In this document: piece by piece, positions 61,191-64,000 of the stretch
How the letters are laid out: each line of letters starts with the position of its first letter
Numbering within the stretch: the stretch's first letter is position 1
Assembly (NCBI GenBank): GCA_008632985.1
Contig: QPGO01000003.1
Coordinates: 310,001 to 374,000 of the forward strand
DNA from: Psammoneis japonica
Taxonomy: Eukaryota
Direction: 5' to 3'
DNA: 64,000 bases
Notes under the pieces: generated by a model
Database searches by the model: none
What the model saw: the letters and a program-made list of their open reading frames with translations, nothing else
What the model was told of the DNA's origin: nothing
Program-made: the position numbers and the translations under genes

Positions 61191-61890
61191 ATGGGCCGTC
61201 GTGCAAAGAAAGCTCCGGTACGAAGACTCGACAAATCGTGCGGTTGATCTCGCTCTATCTCATACGCTTACTTTGCTGACATGTTCTCATCGTTCGGCAA
61301 ATAATTCCCACTAATGAAGTTGATGCCCTTTTTTGTCTCTCCCGATGAATTCTCTTGATTACAGGTACAAACAAAGAAACGCCCGACTCTGGCGAAGCGT
61401 TTCAAGTGCCCCTTTTGTGCCAACGATGAAGTGGTGGAGTGCAAAATGGATATGAAGGAAGGGATTGGGTCGTTGTCGTGTCGTTTGTGTTCGGCCAGTT
61501 ACCAGATGCCGATTCACCAGTGAGTCTTAAAAAATAATCAGTCGAAAAAATTGTCCTGTTTCTGATCCTCCATACCACTTACAACGTCACATGCTTTTTC
61601 TGCTTGTAAAATTCAGCTTGCACGAACCCATTGATGTGTTTTCGGAATGGCTCGATGACTGTGAAGCGGCTCAGACGGGTGCACAACCGCAACACCAGCA
61701 GCAGCAACAGCAACAACAACCACAGTCGTCTGTTGGTGCCTCTCGTTATGACGAGGATGATGATGATTTGCTGAATGCAGAGGGACTCACCAGTCGAAAA
61801 CCGGCGGCAGCTAGTGCTTCTGGCAAAGGAAAGGAAAAGCAGTCCTATGAAACGTTGGGTCTAGATGACTCGGATGATGATTCTGAATAG
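61191..61890 (+). CDS. ELF1: Transcription elongation factor Elf1; 3 exons (61191-61217, 61365-61519, 61617-61890)
   Basis: Spliced product MGRRAKKAP|VQTKKRPTLAKRFKCPFCAN..CRLCSASYQMPIHH|LHEPIDVFSEWLDDCE; GT-AG introns preserve the frame. Confidence 0.92.
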
Positions 61891-62279
61891 CTCATGGAAG
61901 GAATGTGTGAGGAACAACACGTAATAGTTTGCTACCGTAGAGTTTCAAGAAAATTGAGTGCCAATAGAGACGAAAGCACTAAGATTTTCTCCCGTACTGT
62001 ACATTGTTCCATTGCGTCATAAAACTGTCAAGATATATAGCAGCAATGATGGAATTCTCATTCACTTTCTAGATATCATGTCTCTCTAGTCTCTAGAGAG
62101 CTGTAGAGAGATGCATCTGACTCTCTCGAGTTATCATGTCTAATAGATAGGAATAGCCGGAGATATCTTGGTCATACAGTTTGAGTTCGACTAGAAAGTC
62201 AAGCACTAAAGAAACTCTGTAGCATGCAAAACTGAACCTTTGAACTCATAGTCTCCAGCCTGCTACAAAAATCGCTTTT

Positions 62280-62883
62280 CTAAAATGGACCAAACCATTC
62301 GTCCGCTCCCCCCATGTAATTGACAAGGTTTGTGTATCCCGACATGGCGGCGAGACCCGCAGCATGCTGACTCCGAATACCGGCTTTGCAAGTAAATACC
62401 AGCGTCTCGTCGAGACTTGGCTTTTCAAATCCAAAGGCTTCCTCAAAGTCATCTTCATCCATGGCAAATGCATTGGTTTGAGCCAAGAGCGGAAGCGGCG
62501 CCGTGTGAACGACCGAGGAGAGCTTTCCCGTTGCTATAACCTCGTCGTCACCACGAACGTCCATTACAACATAACCACTCTCCTCGCGACCACCGTGTTC
62601 CTGAAAAAGACAATACATGGACAGGAGGTATGCGTTTTTGTGAGAATCAGGGATTATCAACAAGAACAGACCAACGCACGTTGTTGTCGAAACCGACACG
62701 CACCAAATCTTCTAGAATTTCCTCCATTTGCTGCTTTCCAATTTGCGCAATTTCAGGAGGCTCGTCTCCGAAAGCGCTCATGAATCGTTGTGTAGTGGGA
62801 CGACGAGATGCTTGAAACAGAGCTCGACCGGCGGGAGCAAATGCGTGAGCACTGGTGGCAAGCATGACCCTTGTGACAATCAT
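62280..62883 (-). CDS. Single-domain rhodanese, probably plastid-targeted; 2 exons (62883-62704, 62600-62280)
   Basis: MDVRGDDEV, LVFTCKAGIRS (catalytic Cys loop) and NYMGGADEW; SAHA-FAP motif; GTGCGT...CAG intron. Confidence 0.88.
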
Positions 62884-63102
62884 TTTCTGAAGAATTTCAC
62901 TAAAAGAAGGAACTTGACAGAACGATGTCTCGTCTGAAGCGGACCAAGAGAGATACAATCCCAGAAAGGAGAACCACAAGAACAGAGTGTGAGGGCAACT
63001 TTGTGCGGCGCCGTTAGTCACCTATGATAAGTGATAAGCTGATTCATTAGCTTTTTTTTCGAAAAACCGATGTTGGGAAAAAAAAACGATGATGCTGCAT
63101 GC

Positions 63103-63145
63103 TGACGTCATAGCTGGGGAGTGTCTTGAGTTGACGTCATGACGT
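63103..63145. promoter_or_regulatory. Cluster of CRE/bZIP sites (TGACGTCA twice, TGACGT once) upstream of rhodanese
   Basis: TGACGTCA at 63103-63110 and 63132-63139, TGACGT at 63140-63145. Confidence 0.45.
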
Positions 63146-63199
63146 TTGTCGTTCGAGCGATCGACCCTTTCTTCTTACTTCCTCCAAATTTCGCCAGAT

Positions 63200-64000
63200 T
63201 CTTGCAGTTCAGACAACAGCTTCTGCAACAAAAAGCTTTTCCAGTCAACAACCTTGAGCCTCTGCTCATCCTGTGTCACAGGTCACAGGTGATGCAGCCA
63301 GCATCGGCATGACAAATTGTGCGCCGAGCGGCGTTGCCGGGCACACACACTTGCCAGCAGCTGGGGCATTGCGAGACATCTGTTGTGCATGAGTGTCTGG
63401 CAAAGAAACTGCTCTTTATTGTTTGTGACTGTCAATCCAGTTTAGAAGTGCTGCAAGCTGTGAAAAATTAAAAATTTGGAAAAGCTGAGACCCAACCAAA
63501 CTGGCATGTTTCACCAGCACCCGCAATCTGTCACGCGACAGAGCTTGATTCTTTGTGCAGTTTGGTGCATCAACCTCCTTCAAATTTTTTCACTTCAAAA
63601 ATGGAAAGGTGAGTGCACATAAAAAACAAAAGCTTTGCATGCACCCACCCTTCAATTTGTTGGGGGGGGAATCGATTTTGAGGGAGTTCGTTGTGCCACA
63701 TGCAAAAATGGTCAGCGATGGGAGTCGAGCCTGTGCGCATCACCTGGAGCTGGAACAGGCCCATTGCACACCATGCATGCCTCTTCTTCCATGCCCAGGT
63801 GACATGCTGATGCACCTGTGTTTTTTTCCGTCGGCGGGTCCTCACCCATGCTGGCATCAAATGAAAAAACAAACTTGGCAACTTCGGCCTCAGGCAAACT
63901 CTCATCTCTGGCAAATGAGAGCTGCAGTTCATCTCACATCCCCCACTTTGAAACACACACATGACAGCTGGGAAAGATCTGACAAGCTGACTCCCAATTT
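63200..64000. repeat. Start of another TpA-depleted repeat block
   Basis: Very few TA dinucleotides; TG/CA-rich. Confidence 0.6.

Overview
Eukaryotic nuclear DNA, most likely from a diatom (delta-carbonic anhydrase, bipartite plastid-targeting AFAP/GFVP motifs, short GT-AG introns, a diatom-type Copia element). Islands of ordinary genes (mevalonate kinase, MscS, delta-CA, heme peroxidase, EF-hand protein, PWI protein, S1P lyase, trypsin-like protein, Elf1, rhodanese) alternate with blocks of transposon-derived DNA. The main signal is that the transposon blocks have lost almost all TpA dinucleotides, which were converted to TpG or CpA (A>G on either strand). This is the reverse direction of fungal RIP. 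Three independent lines of evidence support it. (1) All 7 differences between the two LTRs of a young Copia element are TA versus TG/CA, while all 11 CpGs are untouched. (2) Conserved Tyr residues in its Pol have become Cys or His (YVDD>HVDD, LYGLKQ>LCGLKQ). (3) A 1.6-kb tandem duplication keeps TA only where it approaches a gene. The mutated blocks also hide decayed cargo genes (DOT1-like methyltransferase, a second SAM methyltransferase, a PhyH-type dioxygenase, a PLD/Nuc-type nuclease). The window further contains a GACGYGTTCCAG-terminated MITE family with 4-bp TSDs, and the Copia LTRs have non-canonical AGT...ACT ends. All counts and alignments were done by eye; no database searches were run.
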